A DNA stretch of 64,000 bases from Nostoc sp. DedSLP01. Its GTDB lineage: Bacteria > Cyanobacteriota > Cyanobacteriia > Cyanobacteriales > Nostocaceae. The stretch is from contig JAVRCJ020000009.1 in the NCBI GenBank assembly GCA_034530875.2, positions 128,001 through 192,000 of the forward strand, read 5' to 3'. Position 1 is the first letter of the stretch. Every line of letters starts with the position of its first letter. This document shows, piece after piece, positions 39,934 to 51,067 of this stretch. The notes under the pieces are model-generated. The model did no database searches. It had not been told where the DNA came from and saw only the letters and a list, made by a program, of their open reading frames with translations. Both the position numbers and the translations under genes were made by a program.

Positions 39934-40842
39934 TCACTTTTTGTTAGCAGCCAATTTTATCTCTGTATTTTCCATTTCTAGAAGTTCTGGAACGGTAACA
40001 AAGCGATAGCCTTGCTTTCTAAAATTACTAATAATTTCTGGTAAAGCTTGCACAGTTTTGGAACGGTTGCCACCACCATCATGCATTAGCACAATACCAC
40101 CAGGTTTGGAATCTTTAATTACATTATTAATTAACTTTGGAACAGCTGGCTGTTTGTAGTCTATCGAGTCAGCTGACCACATCACTATAGTATATTTTTG
40201 CCCTTTAGCATAAGCAACTAATCCGTTGTGCATCATACCACCAGGGGGACGGAATAGAGTTGTTTTAACACCTGTAACTTGATAAATTAAGTCTGTTGTC
40301 CGGTCGATTTCAAAGGCAGCTGCTTGTTGATTAAAGAAGTGATACCAGTGATGCCAAGTATGGTTGGCAATGACGTGACCTTGGGCGACAATTTCCTTTC
40401 CTAATTCTGGATAATTTTTCAGGTTCTGCCCAACAACAAAAAATGTCGCTTTAATATTATTTGATTTTAATATATCTAGTACTTGCTTTGTGCTTTCAGG
40501 CCAAGGACCATCATCAAAAGTAAGAGCGATAGTTTTCTCTTGTTGAATCTGTTTTGCCTCTTTAACTATTGTCCCTTGATAGCGTGATGGCGCAGGATAA
40601 GAAAAGCCTTTTACTTGTGCTTGTTGTTGCCAACTCATCAGCATTGCTCCCCTAAATTTCTCGAGCCGTTGCTGAGTTCCTGTGTTTGCAGTTACATTCT
40701 TAACATCGATATTCGCCCTAATCTGAGCTTCAGAAGTATTTGGTCTTAGAAGCATCATCAAACCAACACTAAAAACACCACCCAAAGCAATCAGCCCAAT
40801 TAATATTCCTTCTGGCCAGAGAATTGGCTTATTATTTTCCAC
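39934..40842 (-). CDS. Polysaccharide deacetylase (NodB/CE4), membrane anchored
   Basis: ALTFDDGP, NHTWHH, FRPPGG and VLMHD motifs. Likely start is GTG at 40842 after AAGGAG; the ORF track extends to 41025. Confidence 0.92.
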   Translation of the reverse strand: MENNKPILWPEGILIGLIALGGVFSVGLMMLLRPNTSEAQIRANIDVKNVTANTGTQQRLEKFRGAMLMSWQQQAQVKGFSYPAPSRYQGTIVKEAKQIQQEKTIALTFDDGPWPESTKQVLDILKSNNIKATFFVVGQNLKNYPELGKEIVAQGHVIANHTWHHWYHFFNQQAAAFEIDRTTDLIYQVTGVKTTLFRPPGGMMHNGLVAYAKGQKYTIVMWSADSIDYKQPAVPKLINNVIKDSKPGGIVLMHDGGGNRSKTVQALPEIISNFRKQGYRFVTVPELLEMENTEIKLAANKK

Positions 40843-42182
40843 CTTAAAGCTCCTTGGACGTATCGCACTATCACCCACACTTATGACAGTACGTTTTAGC
40901 ACATAATTTTTTGTATAATTCTGAAAATTGGAATCGAGAAGAGAGATTTTACAGCTTTGGCTGAAAAGTAGATCCTCTAAATTTGAGCGATCGCTGTTTG
41001 ATTTCAACTGGCTTATAAATAGCAAAGTCTACACTTCTAGTTTCTGACTACTAGCTCAGAGAAAGAACATAATCGGATAATTAACCACACCTCCAAATCC
41101 TCTGGATAAGAGTTTTCAATTAACTGCTAGCTAACTAAAACAGTATTATATTTTGAGATTAGATACCTTGATAAATAGGCAAGCTTAGTCAAGCTGCTAA
41201 GTATAAAAATTGTATTTATCCCAAGCTAAACTTTTGATATAAAATTTATATATCGATAGCTTAGTGAATTATTTAATTCATCTACAAAACTACGTCACAA
41301 GAGGCAAAATTTTTTGCAAATCAGAGTCAAATAAATTTTTTGTATAAAAAGGATAAAATATATTCTACTATTGAATGCCATTGCTTCCTTTTTAAGAAAA
41401 AATTAAATTTTTGACTGAGAGAATTTTGCTTAGTAATTTCTATCAAATAAAAAGACGGAAATTAATACAATATAGTTTCTCATTGCTAAGAGGTAGTTAG
41501 TCGTTAACCTAGATACTTTTTGCTAAAAGAGCAAAAATAATTGTATTGGCAGATTAACTTAACTTTTCATAGTGGGTATTTAGTCAAAATTGCTACTGTT
41601 TTTTATGTGCTTATGCTCTTGTTGACGGCTAAATAGATTTATACATTATTAATATTACAATTTTATATGCCTTGTTACCGTATAATTACGTAACTTAATC
41701 GCATTTTTCTCAACAATTTGTTAAAATCTTAATAGTTTGTCACAGAACTATTAAAATATTAGAAATTTTATTATAAGCAAATGTTTTTTAGCTAACTACA
41801 CGGAACTTAACTAAATTAATTTTTTACTATTTACAGACAAAACCGACCCGCTATATGGCTTTACAGTCGGCAAGAACTTTTTTTAGCAAGAGGAAACCAA
41901 ACTGAAAATTATCTAGTTAAGTTGCCTTATAATTGCAACAATTAGAATTACGATCGTGAACGATCTATCTAGGAATCGTAATCATCAGTTTATGTTCGCT
42001 GAGGCAGGTCATAGTTTATTTTGGGAATTTTTACATGGCTTTGTGTAGATGTAAAAACTGTATTATTTAATCTATGTATAAGTTTAGTTTAGTGAAAAAC
42101 TCAGCTTCCTTAAACAATATACCTTTGGAGTCACAATAATCAAGGTATTTGTCCCACTTTATTGAACTGGCTAGAAATTTTT

Positions 42183-42755
42183 ATGATTCCTCACGAAAGT
42201 GATGTAGAGCAAGATCGTGCCTCGTCAAAAGTATTGCGTAGTTGGCAAGAAAATCTGATTTTAGTGGCGATCGCTTTATGCTTGGCGCTGCTAATTCGGA
42301 CTTTTATTGCCGAGCCTCGTTACATACCTTCGGATTCGATGTTACCCACGTTACATACAGGCGATCGCTTGGTAGTTGAAAAGATCTCCTATCATTTTCA
42401 CCCACCGATTACTGGAGATATTATTGTTTTTCAGCCACCTGCGGAACTACAACGTCGGGGATATCCCCAAGATCAAGCTTTCATCAAGCGAGTGATTGGT
42501 CAACCTGGTGAAGTTATTAGTGTTGCTCATGGCAAAGTCTATCTCAACGGTCAACCTCTAGCAGAACATTACATCGCTGAACCAGCAAATCAGCCATTTC
42601 AACCAGTGAAAGTTCCAGAAGACCAATTTTTTGTCATGGGAGATAACCGCAACGACAGTAACGACTCTCGTTATTGGGGTTTTTTACCCAGAAAGAATAT
42701 CATCGGTAGGGCAACATTTCGCTTTTGGCCTCTCGATCGCATCGGTTTTATCTAA
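42183..42755 (+). CDS. lepB: Signal peptidase I
   Basis: IPSDSMLPTL, FIKRVIG and MGDNRNDSNDSR motifs. Confidence 0.95.
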   Translation: MIPHESDVEQDRASSKVLRSWQENLILVAIALCLALLIRTFIAEPRYIPSDSMLPTLHTGDRLVVEKISYHFHPPITGDIIVFQPPAELQRRGYPQDQAFIKRVIGQPGEVISVAHGKVYLNGQPLAEHYIAEPANQPFQPVKVPEDQFFVMGDNRNDSNDSRYWGFLPRKNIIGRATFRFWPLDRIGFI

Positions 42756-42825
42756 TTAGTGATGTAGTCAGTTGTTTATTTTTTGCAACTGACTACTGTT
42801 AACGAAGGCAGGAGGCAGAGGGCAG

Positions 42826-42857
42826 GATAGCGCAGCTAAGCCGTGTCCGCGAGCGTC
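42826..42857. repeat. Small GC-rich dispersed repeat (GATAGCGCAGC...GCGAGCGTC type) inside a GGCAGGA STRR run
   Basis: GATAGCGCAGCTAAGCCGTGTCCGCGAGCGTC interrupts ggcaggaggcagagggcag|ggcaaga. Confidence 0.5.
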
Positions 42858-42972
42858 GGCAAGAGGCGGTTTTTGTAACGAGGATTATATACTCCGTTCC
42901 AAAAACTTTTCGCCTTAGAAGGCTAGGTTTTAGACCCGATTGTTACGATAAAATTAACTAATAAATAATCTA

Positions 42973-43506
42973 TTAAAAACGCAGAAAATACATGAGCTGA
43001 GCGATCGCATCACCGGGTAGTTCTAATCGCCGTTGAAAATCAGCTAGGTTATGAAAAGGACCGGCAGATTGGCGATTTTGCACTACAGCTTGTGCTAAAG
43101 ACAAATCTATAAATGGAATTTGCGCTAAACTTTCGACGGTTGCTGTGTTCGGATTAACTAAATTTACTGGATAGTCTAAAGATTCGCGATCGTAATAACT
43201 AAAATTTAATAGAGGTTTTAATGGTTCGAGTCGCGGTGCTGGCATACCCAAAGCCGCAGCGATATCTTCAATACAGTAAAATTTCACACCAGAACGTGAA
43301 AGTTCCACAAGCGATCGCGCTTGGTGAATTGACAAACCTGGTAGGCGTAACCAATCATCTACAGTTGCTTGATTAGCATCAATGCGGATGCCTAACTTTG
43401 CCGCGATCTGAATTTCTTCCCCAGATTGCAAGCGATAGTAGGGATCGTTGAGCAGCTTGGTGCGGAGTTTTTGCAGCTTCGAGTTGAAAGGTAGCCAATT
43501 GTTCAT
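42973..43506 (-). CDS. ComEA-like helix-hairpin-helix DNA-binding protein
   Basis: Two HhH units (IDANQATVDDWLRLPGL; VNPNTATVESLAQIPFI). Alternative TTG start at 43524. Confidence 0.85.
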   Translation of the reverse strand: MNNWLPFNSKLQKLRTKLLNDPYYRLQSGEEIQIAAKLGIRIDANQATVDDWLRLPGLSIHQARSLVELSRSGVKFYCIEDIAAALGMPAPRLEPLKPLLNFSYYDRESLDYPVNLVNPNTATVESLAQIPFIDLSLAQAVVQNRQSAGPFHNLADFQRRLELPGDAIAQLMYFLRF

Positions 43507-43520
43507 GATTGTCGCTAATT

Positions 43521-43892
43521 TCAAGAAATTTGGTCTAGCAGCTGGCGGCGTTTTTGCTCGAATTCATATTCTGAAATTAGTCCATCTTGGCGTAGAGCAT
43601 CTAGTTCCCGCAAAGCATCAGCAACTGCACCCACTTGATTGCTGGCTTGGTAGGAATTTCTAGCCGCTTTGCCTAGATTAAAATTGCGATCGAAAGCTTC
43701 TTCATCTTGGGCTAAATACCAAACTCCCTCAATCGCACTAGCTACTTTGGGGATAGGCGTCCAAGAGAGCAAAACGTACAAAATACCCCACAGATGCTGT
43801 CCCAGATAAAATTTATGTAATCCGGAAATTGTCAACGTGCCAGAAAAAGCTAGAACAGCAGCAACACTTCGGCTTTTGCGCTTAGTTAACAT
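43521..43892 (-). CDS. NINE/TM2 domain protein with C-terminal SHOCT domain
   Basis: GLHKFYLGQ (TM2) and LRELDALRQDGLISEYEFEQKRRQLL (SHOCT). Confidence 0.9.
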   Translation of the reverse strand: MLTKRKSRSVAAVLAFSGTLTISGLHKFYLGQHLWGILYVLLSWTPIPKVASAIEGVWYLAQDEEAFDRNFNLGKAARNSYQASNQVGAVADALRELDALRQDGLISEYEFEQKRRQLLDQIS

Positions 43893-44163
43893 ATTCTTAA
43901 AAAATATACCAGTACCACGGTTCCTACAATAAAACAGCGATCGGGAAGTTAAAATTTAAAATCAACAAATATAATAGTGGCAACCATCCTGACTATATTG
44001 CTAAATTTTTACTTAAATATTGCTCATATAATTTTATTTTAGTCAACTACTCTACCTTGCTTTTGTCAGTTTTGGGTGTAAAGTCCGCGATTCGGTGTTT
44101 GGAAATAAACATCGATTGAGCTTTGATACTAATTTTAAATTTTTAAGGGATCGGATTATTGCG

Positions 44164-45096
44164 ATGTCACAGACTTTCCTACCGCCGAAATGGATTGAAC
44201 AGCTTTACGATCCTTTTGCTGTGCTGGGAATTTCCGTGACTGCTGACGATCGCCAGATTCTCAAACGCTATCACACTTTAGCAAAACTCCTACATCCCGA
44301 TCGGCATACCAAAAGCAGCGATCGAGAGCAACAATTAGCGACGGCAATATTTAGCCATTTAATCAATCCAGCTTACGAGCAGTTAAAAAATCAATACAAA
44401 CGGTTTAACGCCATAGCCGTGCTACTTTCAGAAGGAAGAGCTTTGAAAGAGCAAGCTTTGGCTTCTGAAAGCGCCATAGTCCAGGAACTTCGGGAAATGA
44501 CTGCACCGCAAGCAGAGTTATTTTACGAAGAAGCGATCGCCTGCTATGCAGACGTGCAATACAAATCGCTACATCAGTTTTATCAAGTAACGCAACAAAT
44601 TAGCATACTCAATTTAGTTTACTTACAGTTACATAAACCTCATCTTTTACTACCCCAAGAACCTCTCCCCATTATTCCAAAGGTAGAAATTAAGCCAGTT
44701 GAATTGACATTACCACAAGAAACTAATGTCAAACCAGTTGTGAAAAACTACGCTCAACGTCACTACGAACGAGCTATTGAGTATATTAAACTAACCAAAT
44801 GGACGCTAGCTGTACAAGAATTGCGCGATGCCATCAAGTTAGAGCCTAATAAGAGCGATTATCATGCCTTATTAGGTTACGTGCATCTTCAACAGAAATT
44901 GCTAGGGATGTCCAGAGTTTACATAACTCAAGCATTAAAACTCGATCCGCAACATTCATTAGCTTTGAAATGCGCCACTAGATTGAAAATCCAACCCAGT
45001 GAAAACCGCAATCCGAAATCAATTGCCAAAGCCGTGAGTATTGCTGCTTTGTTGGGTGGATTTCAAGACGGCAAACGTTCTCAAGTCAAGTGTTGA
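44164..45096 (+). CDS. DnaJ-domain protein with C-terminal TPR
   Basis: DPFAVLGI...LHPDR J-domain and a TPR (AIKLEPNKSDYHALLG); ATG at 44164. Confidence 0.9.
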   Translation: MSQTFLPPKWIEQLYDPFAVLGISVTADDRQILKRYHTLAKLLHPDRHTKSSDREQQLATAIFSHLINPAYEQLKNQYKRFNAIAVLLSEGRALKEQALASESAIVQELREMTAPQAELFYEEAIACYADVQYKSLHQFYQVTQQISILNLVYLQLHKPHLLLPQEPLPIIPKVEIKPVELTLPQETNVKPVVKNYAQRHYERAIEYIKLTKWTLAVQELRDAIKLEPNKSDYHALLGYVHLQQKLLGMSRVYITQALKLDPQHSLALKCATRLKIQPSENRNPKSIAKAVSIAALLGGFQDGKRSQVKC

Positions 45097-45221
45097 AATT
45101 TGGGTAATCAACCGTACTCAAACCGAAGTTTGGTCGCGAGATTACTTTCCTAAACTAAAATAAAGATAGAAGTCAAACTATTAAGTTACTGAGTCTGGGC
45201 GCTCAGTTTTATATAGGGAAC

Positions 45222-45545
45222 ATGGGATTCTTTGATTCTGAGATAGTTCAGCAAGAAGCAAAGCAGTTGTTTGAAGATTATCAAGCACTGATCGAGCTTG
45301 GCAACAGCTACGGTAAATTTGACCGCGAGGGCAAAAAGCTGTTTATTGAGCAAATGGAAACCATGATGGATCGGTATCGCATCTTTATGAAGCGCTTCGA
45401 GCTATCAGAAGATTTCATGGCACAAATGACAGTAGAGCAACTCAAAACCCAGTTAGGTCAGTTTGGTGTCACCCCGCAACAAATGTTTGACCAAATGCAC
45501 CTCACTTTAGAACGAATGAAAGCCGAGCTAGAAAAACAGCCATAG
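45222..45545 (+). CDS. DUF1825 family protein
   Basis: MGFFDSEIVQQEAKQLFEDYQ...FMKRFELSEDF. Confidence 0.88.
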   Translation: MGFFDSEIVQQEAKQLFEDYQALIELGNSYGKFDREGKKLFIEQMETMMDRYRIFMKRFELSEDFMAQMTVEQLKTQLGQFGVTPQQMFDQMHLTLERMKAELEKQP

Positions 45546-45547
45546 TA

Positions 45548-45617
45548 AATTTTAGATTTTAAATTTAGGATTTTGGATTAATTACCAATCCAAAATCTAA
45601 AATCTAAAATCCAAAAT
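45548..45617. repeat. Inverted STRR hairpin between convergent genes (possible bidirectional terminator)
   Basis: (ATTTTAG/GG)n - TAATTACC - (CCAAAAT/CTAAAAT)n. Confidence 0.75.
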
Positions 45618-47539
45618 CATTGTGACTTTGGACGAGGAAACTGCGAAGGTGGCTTGAAGTTTTCTACTGGTACATTTTTCAGTGCCTTTTCCATAAAATC
45701 TTTCCAAATAGGAGCAACCATAACACCACCGGTAGCATGGTCGGCTAATTGTCTGTTGTCATCTCTCCCCACCCAGACAGCAGTTGTTAGTTGTGGCACA
45801 GTCCCAACAAACCAAATATCTTTTTCTGACGATGTTGTTCCCGTCTTTCCGGCCGCTGGGCGACCTATAGCAGCACTTTTGCCGGTACCTTCAGTAATTA
45901 CCGATCGCATCACATCCAAAATAGCCGCTGATGCCCAAGGATCTAGAACTTGCTGCGGTTTAGGCGTGTTATCTAGTAACACGTTACCGCTACTATCGCT
46001 GACGCGAGCTATGACGGTGGGTGGTGACTGCCAACCATAATTAGCGAAGGTAGCATAAGCACTAGCCATTTCCAGAGGCGTAACACCAATTGCACCCAGA
46101 GGTAGCGAAGTCACAGGTTCCATTGGACTCATAATGCCCAAGGTTCTACAGGTATCGATGACTCTATTCATACCTACAGATTTACCAACCTTGATCACGG
46201 GAATGTTGCGTGACTGCGCTAAAGCTGTGCGGATTGGCATCGGCCCTCTAAAACTGCCATCGTAATTTCTCGGAGAATACCAGCCACTACCATCTTGATA
46301 TCTGACTGGCTCATCCACCACTACTGTGTCTGGCGCATACTTACCAGTAGCAAAAGCAGTGTAGTAAACGAAAGGTTTAAAAGAAGATCCTGGCTGACGC
46401 TGGGCTTGAGTTGCACGATTGAATTCACTGGCTTTCGGATCTATACCGCCCACTAATGCTTTGATAAAATGCGTGCGTGGATCTATTGACACTAATGCCA
46501 TTTGATTCTTAGCTAATCCCTGGTCGAGAAGCCTTTGATGCCACTTAGCGACAGTTTCCTCTGCCATAATCTGGAAGTTGGCATCAACTGTGGTTTGTAC
46601 CCGCATTCCGCCCTTGAGTAGTGCCTCACGCCCAAACTTCTTAGCCAACTCCTGCGCTACAGTATTGCTTATATAAGGTAGGGCACTACCTTGAAAGGAT
46701 TTGATTTTGCCAAGTTTGATTTCTTGCTTGAGAGCATTATCGTATTCTTGCTGGCTAATCCAGTTCAATTCCAGCATCCGTCCCAGCACTTCTTTTTGTT
46801 TCTCTTTCGCATCCTTCATACTGACAAACGGGCTTAATTGTTCCGGTGCTGGAATCAAACCCGCCATCATTGCCGACTCACCCAAGGTTAAAAATTCTGC
46901 TGACTTATTAAAGTAACTGCGTGCTGCTGTTTGTACGCCATAATTGTTATGACCCCAATAAACTTGATTGAGGTACATTTCTAAAATTTGGTCTTTGGTG
47001 AGAATTTGCTCTAACCGAATTGCTAGCACCCCTTCTGCTAACTTGCGGGTAAAGGCACGCTTGCGAGTCAAAAATATATTTTTTACTAACTGCATTGTGA
47101 TGGTAGAGCCACCTTCGCGGACTCCACCTGCGACAGCGTTAACTACTACAGCACGTCCAACACCAGTGGGGTTAATTCCGTGATGATGGTAGAAGTGGCT
47201 ATCTTCACTTGCCAATACTGCGCGTTTGAGATTTGGGGAAATTTTATCTAAGGGAACTACTTCCCGGTTGGCTTCCCCGTGGACGCTAGCTAAGAGTTTT
47301 CCTTTAATGTCATAAATGTAAGTCGTTTCTGAGGGAAAAAAGTTACGTAGCTGTCTGACATCTGGCAAATTGCGGAAACTAATCGCTAAACCAACCAGCC
47401 CTCCGGCTACAATGGAACTTGCCAGCATGGTAATTGACAGAAGAGTACCGCCAGTTACCTGACCGACTCCTTTCAAAAACTCAAAACCTGATGAAGCCCG
47501 ACTTTGTGGCTGTTTATCTTCAAAAGTCCTAGACGACAC
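45617..47539 (-). CDS. Class A penicillin-binding protein (transglycosylase/transpeptidase)
   Basis: [35 protein letters not shown] and GKTGT motifs. Confidence 0.95.
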   Translation of the reverse strand: MSSRTFEDKQPQSRASSGFEFLKGVGQVTGGTLLSITMLASSIVAGGLVGLAISFRNLPDVRQLRNFFPSETTYIYDIKGKLLASVHGEANREVVPLDKISPNLKRAVLASEDSHFYHHHGINPTGVGRAVVVNAVAGGVREGGSTITMQLVKNIFLTRKRAFTRKLAEGVLAIRLEQILTKDQILEMYLNQVYWGHNNYGVQTAARSYFNKSAEFLTLGESAMMAGLIPAPEQLSPFVSMKDAKEKQKEVLGRMLELNWISQQEYDNALKQEIKLGKIKSFQGSALPYISNTVAQELAKKFGREALLKGGMRVQTTVDANFQIMAEETVAKWHQRLLDQGLAKNQMALVSIDPRTHFIKALVGGIDPKASEFNRATQAQRQPGSSFKPFVYYTAFATGKYAPDTVVVDEPVRYQDGSGWYSPRNYDGSFRGPMPIRTALAQSRNIPVIKVGKSVGMNRVIDTCRTLGIMSPMEPVTSLPLGAIGVTPLEMASAYATFANYGWQSPPTVIARVSDSSGNVLLDNTPKPQQVLDPWASAAILDVMRSVITEGTGKSAAIGRPAAGKTGTTSSEKDIWFVGTVPQLTTAVWVGRDDNRQLADHATGGVMVAPIWKDFMEKALKNVPVENFKPPSQFPRPKSQ

Positions 47540-47652
47540 GGCGATTTCACTTCCTCACTTGTAAATTTAACTGTAATAGATTGGGCGAAGCAAGGCGGTT
47601 AATTTTTTGCAATTATAGTAGTTTGGCAGATGAGAAAGTGGATAAATTGCAA

Positions 47653-48903
47653 GTGTTCATAACCAACTTCACTTCTAGTGTACAAAGCATAGCTAACAGT
47701 GAATTTTCTAGCACGACGCCAGATTTTTCTTGGTTGCGTCGGGGTGTAGTAGAAGTTTTCCCACAACCAGTTGATATTAACAGTGAAAGTCTAGAAAAAC
47801 GCTTATTAACTACAAATCAACCTTTGAGGATCAAATTGGGAATCGATCCTACTGGTACTGATATTCATCTAGGTCATAGCATACCAGTACGAAAACTGCG
47901 AGCGTTTCAAGATGCAGGTCATACAGCAGTTCTAATTATTGGCGATTTTACAGCACGCATTGGGGATCCGACTGGTAAATCTGAGGCGCGTCGTCAGCTT
48001 ACAGAAGCAGATGTCGCCCAAAATGCCCAGACTTATCTCGACCAAGTGCGTCCTATCTTGGATTTTGACACACCAGGAAGGTTAGAAGTGCGTTATAACT
48101 CCGAATGGCTTTCTCAGCTCAACTTAGAGAAAATTTTGGAGTTACTCTCCACGATGACGGTGGGGCAAATGTTAGCTAAAGAGGGATTTGCCGAACGCTA
48201 TAAAAAAGAGAATCCGATTTTTATCCATGAGTTCCTGTACCCTTTGATGCAAGGCTTTGATTCGGTTGCGGTGCAGGCAGATGTGGAATTGGGAGGGACT
48301 GACCAAAAATTTAACATTGCTGTGGGCAGAGATTTACAGCGCCATTTTGGTCAAAAGCCACAGTTTGGAATGCTGCTACCAATTTTAATCGGTACAGATG
48401 GCGTACAAAAAATGTCTAAGTCTTTAAGTAATTATATTGGGTTATTAGAACATCCAGGACAAAAGTATCAGAAATTACAAGGAATACCCGACCATCTGCT
48501 GGAGCAGTATTTTGAACTGTTGACGGATTTACCTTTAGACAAATTGCCAGAAAATCCGCGCGATCGCCAGACACTTTTAGCATGGGAAGTTGTCAAACAG
48601 TACCACGGCGAAACAGCAGCCCAAGAAGCAAAAGAAGCTGCCCAAAGCGGCGGTAAGGAAGGTGCTGTTCCAGAATTTTCTTTGGCTGGGGTGTCACAAT
48701 TTCCCGTAAAGTTAGCCTATCTTCTCAATGTGACTGGCTTGTGTAAAAGTACAGGAGAAGGCAAGCGCAAAATTCAAGAAGGTGGAGTACGCTTAGATGG
48801 CGATCGCATTTCTGATGCCGATACCACTTTCGCTGCTGCTAGCGATTTACAAGGTAAAGTTTTACAAGTCGGCAAAAATAAATTTGTGCGTTTAGTGCTT
48901 TAG
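47653..48903 (+). CDS. tyrS: Tyrosine--tRNA ligase (start codon uncertain)
   Basis: [26 protein letters not shown] and a C-terminal S4 domain. The frame is open from 47581 with no ATG before the core. Confidence 0.95.
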   Translation: MFITNFTSSVQSIANSEFSSTTPDFSWLRRGVVEVFPQPVDINSESLEKRLLTTNQPLRIKLGIDPTGTDIHLGHSIPVRKLRAFQDAGHTAVLIIGDFTARIGDPTGKSEARRQLTEADVAQNAQTYLDQVRPILDFDTPGRLEVRYNSEWLSQLNLEKILELLSTMTVGQMLAKEGFAERYKKENPIFIHEFLYPLMQGFDSVAVQADVELGGTDQKFNIAVGRDLQRHFGQKPQFGMLLPILIGTDGVQKMSKSLSNYIGLLEHPGQKYQKLQGIPDHLLEQYFELLTDLPLDKLPENPRDRQTLLAWEVVKQYHGETAAQEAKEAAQSGGKEGAVPEFSLAGVSQFPVKLAYLLNVTGLCKSTGEGKRKIQEGGVRLDGDRISDADTTFAAASDLQGKVLQVGKNKFVRLVL

Positions 48904-48917
48904 AAGGGGAATAGGGA

Positions 48918-49649
48918 ATGGGGAATGGGGAATCGCTAGAACAACGAGTGATAGTGGCTTTAGATGTGCCAGATGCAGAAAGTGCGATCGCCCTTGTGGA
49001 TAAACTCGAGCAAGTAACTTTCTGGAAAGTAGGCTTAGAGTTGTTTACCAGCACCGGGCCGAAAATTTTAGAAATCCTCAAGTCGAAGCAAAAGCGCATT
49101 TTCCTCGATTTAAAGTTTCACGATATCCCCAACACGGTTGCTGGTGCTTGCCGAGTTGCAGCAGGTTATGGGGTAGATTTATTGACAATTCATGCTACAT
49201 CTGGTAAAGATGCGCTCAAAGCTGCAACGGAGGCAGTACACCAGGGTGCTTCCCAAGCGGGTGTAAAACCACCTAAATTAATAGCGATTACTGTGCTAAC
49301 AAGCATTTCTTCGAGGCAGTTAGCATTTGATTTAAAGATTCCTCTAGAGTTACCAGAATATGCTTTAGAAATGGCATTGATGGCTCAAGAAGCGGGGTTG
49401 GATGGGGCAGTTTGTTCGCCTCAGGAAGTAGCACAGCTGAGGCAAACTTGTGGAGATGATTTTTTGCTGGTTTGTCCGGGAGTTAGACCTAGTTGGGCAG
49501 ACAAAGCCGATCAAAAGCGATCGCTCACTCCCGCACAAGCGATCGCTGCTGGGGCAAATTACTTAGTAATTGGGCGTCCTATTACTGCTGCTGCCGAACC
49601 TGAGCTAGCTTGGAAGAGAATTTGTGAGGATTTGAGTGCGATCGCATGA
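48918..49649 (+). CDS. pyrF: Orotidine-5'-phosphate decarboxylase
   Basis: [23 protein letters not shown] and VIGRPIT motifs. Confidence 0.97.
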   Translation: MGNGESLEQRVIVALDVPDAESAIALVDKLEQVTFWKVGLELFTSTGPKILEILKSKQKRIFLDLKFHDIPNTVAGACRVAAGYGVDLLTIHATSGKDALKAATEAVHQGASQAGVKPPKLIAITVLTSISSRQLAFDLKIPLELPEYALEMALMAQEAGLDGAVCSPQEVAQLRQTCGDDFLLVCPGVRPSWADKADQKRSLTPAQAIAAGANYLVIGRPITAAAEPELAWKRICEDLSAIA

Positions 49650-50473
49650 AGGCAGAAGTCAGCAAGAGGACAAGGCCAAACTCCGTAGATAAACCCACGG
49701 GCTTGAAACAACGACACCTCATACCTCGTTGCAAGAAATCTCGGTATAAATTTTCCTCTTTCTCTATAAATGAATTCTTTTTTTTTAAACCCTGTAACCA
49801 AGGGGTTTTTTCTTTTTTCCCTTTGTACGCAAATCTCTGGATATCTTTTTCCTCTACAGCCAGAAATCAAATTTCTGGTTTGTGGCTTCTATGTGGTTTG
49901 TGGTTTCTAATAGCAAATATTTCAAATAATTCTGCATTGGCGAAGAATTTCACTCCTAGACCTTTTTTATTAGCAGAGACGGAAAAGGTTAATAATGGGG
50001 CAAAGTCTATGTGTTCTGAACAAGATTTAGAAACACTAACAACACAGTTATTACAAGATTTACCTAGTTACGCCAACCGCGCGAACCAACGCGCTCGTCG
50101 TCGCAGTCGTAGTGCTGACTTATATAGTTATATGCTGGTAGCAGGAAGACCTGAGTTTACTGCACTACCCCTTAACATTGAAGAATATAGTACAGGTACT
50201 TCTGAAACTTCTGCCTCAGGAGTCGAGCAAGTTTTTTTTACCACCTTAGAGCGTCAATATATAAATAAGACAGCGATAGAATTGCAAGAATTTCACTGGC
50301 TATTGTTGACTAAAACTATAAGTGGTTGGCGTCTGGTGATGATGTTTTCTCAAACAGGTGCTTATCCGAAAAATCAGCCACCATCACCGCCACGCGATAG
50401 TAGTAATGGTGCGATCGCTCAAGGTGTTCAAGCTTGGTTGCGCGATTGTCAAGCTGGAAGTGTGCGAAAATAA
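49646..50473 (+). CDS. Conserved cyanobacterial hypothetical protein (N-terminal third poorly protein-like)
   Basis: Core [11 protein letters not shown]...[11 protein letters not shown]...QEFHWL...PPRDSS; ATGA overlap with pyrF. Confidence 0.72.
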   Translation: MKAEVSKRTRPNSVDKPTGLKQRHLIPRCKKSRYKFSSFSINEFFFFKPCNQGVFSFFPLYANLWISFSSTARNQISGLWLLCGLWFLIANISNNSALAKNFTPRPFLLAETEKVNNGAKSMCSEQDLETLTTQLLQDLPSYANRANQRARRRSRSADLYSYMLVAGRPEFTALPLNIEEYSTGTSETSASGVEQVFFTTLERQYINKTAIELQEFHWLLLTKTISGWRLVMMFSQTGAYPKNQPPSPPRDSSNGAIAQGVQAWLRDCQAGSVRK

Positions 50474-50496
50474 GCAAATTAGGAGAACATTAAATA

Positions 50497-50949
50497 ATGT
50501 CTACAATACCGACTCAAATCCTATACGAACAGGATTATCAATTGTGGTTAGAAATGACATTGAAACAATTGCAAGAAAGAGATTTAGATCGTCTTGATTG
50601 GGAGCATTTGATTGAGGAGATTGAAGCATTGGGTAACGAACAGAAACACAAGCTCGAAAGTTATCTACTGCAACTTCTCAAACATCTGCTTTTGTATCAA
50701 CATTGGAGCCTGCCTGAGTGTAAAAATCATTGGGAAGTGGAAATTGATAATTTTCGAGTAGAACTCAGAAAATTAACTAAATCTAAAAACCTCTACAATT
50801 ATTTGCTGAGAGTGCTTGAGGAAGTCTACATCGATGCATTACGACAAGCAAAAAAGAAAAGTGGGTTAAATTGTTTCCCACAAAGTTGTCCTTATACTGT
50901 TGAGCAAATTTTAGATGTGGATTATTTACCACCATTTATGTATTTATAA
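50497..50949 (+). CDS. DUF29 family protein
   Basis: LYEQDYQLWLE, LDWEHLIEEIEALG, HLL and FPQSCPYTVEQILD motifs. Confidence 0.93.
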   Translation: MSTIPTQILYEQDYQLWLEMTLKQLQERDLDRLDWEHLIEEIEALGNEQKHKLESYLLQLLKHLLLYQHWSLPECKNHWEVEIDNFRVELRKLTKSKNLYNYLLRVLEEVYIDALRQAKKKSGLNCFPQSCPYTVEQILDVDYLPPFMYL

Positions 50950-50952
50950 GGT

Positions 50953-50997
50953 GAGCCAGTGCCTTGGGCGGCTCTGCCGACTTGAAGCAACTGGCGT
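50953..50997. repeat. 45-bp hairpin dispersed repeat (GAGCCAGTGC...GCAACTGGCGT)
   Basis: Outer GCCAGT/ACTGGC stem and inner CGGC/GCCG stem; a relative lies at 60792-60863. Confidence 0.65.
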
Positions 50998-51067
50998 ACA
51001 AAGAAGAAAGTAAAAATAAAAACTTTTGCAAAAAGTCTACTGTTTAGAGGGCGCTGCAACGGTTTTG

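Noticed and set aside
40843..41025. N-terminal extension of the deacetylase ORF
   Set aside because: A GTG with a good AAGGAG RBS at 40842 directly precedes the membrane anchor; the extension is not protein-like.
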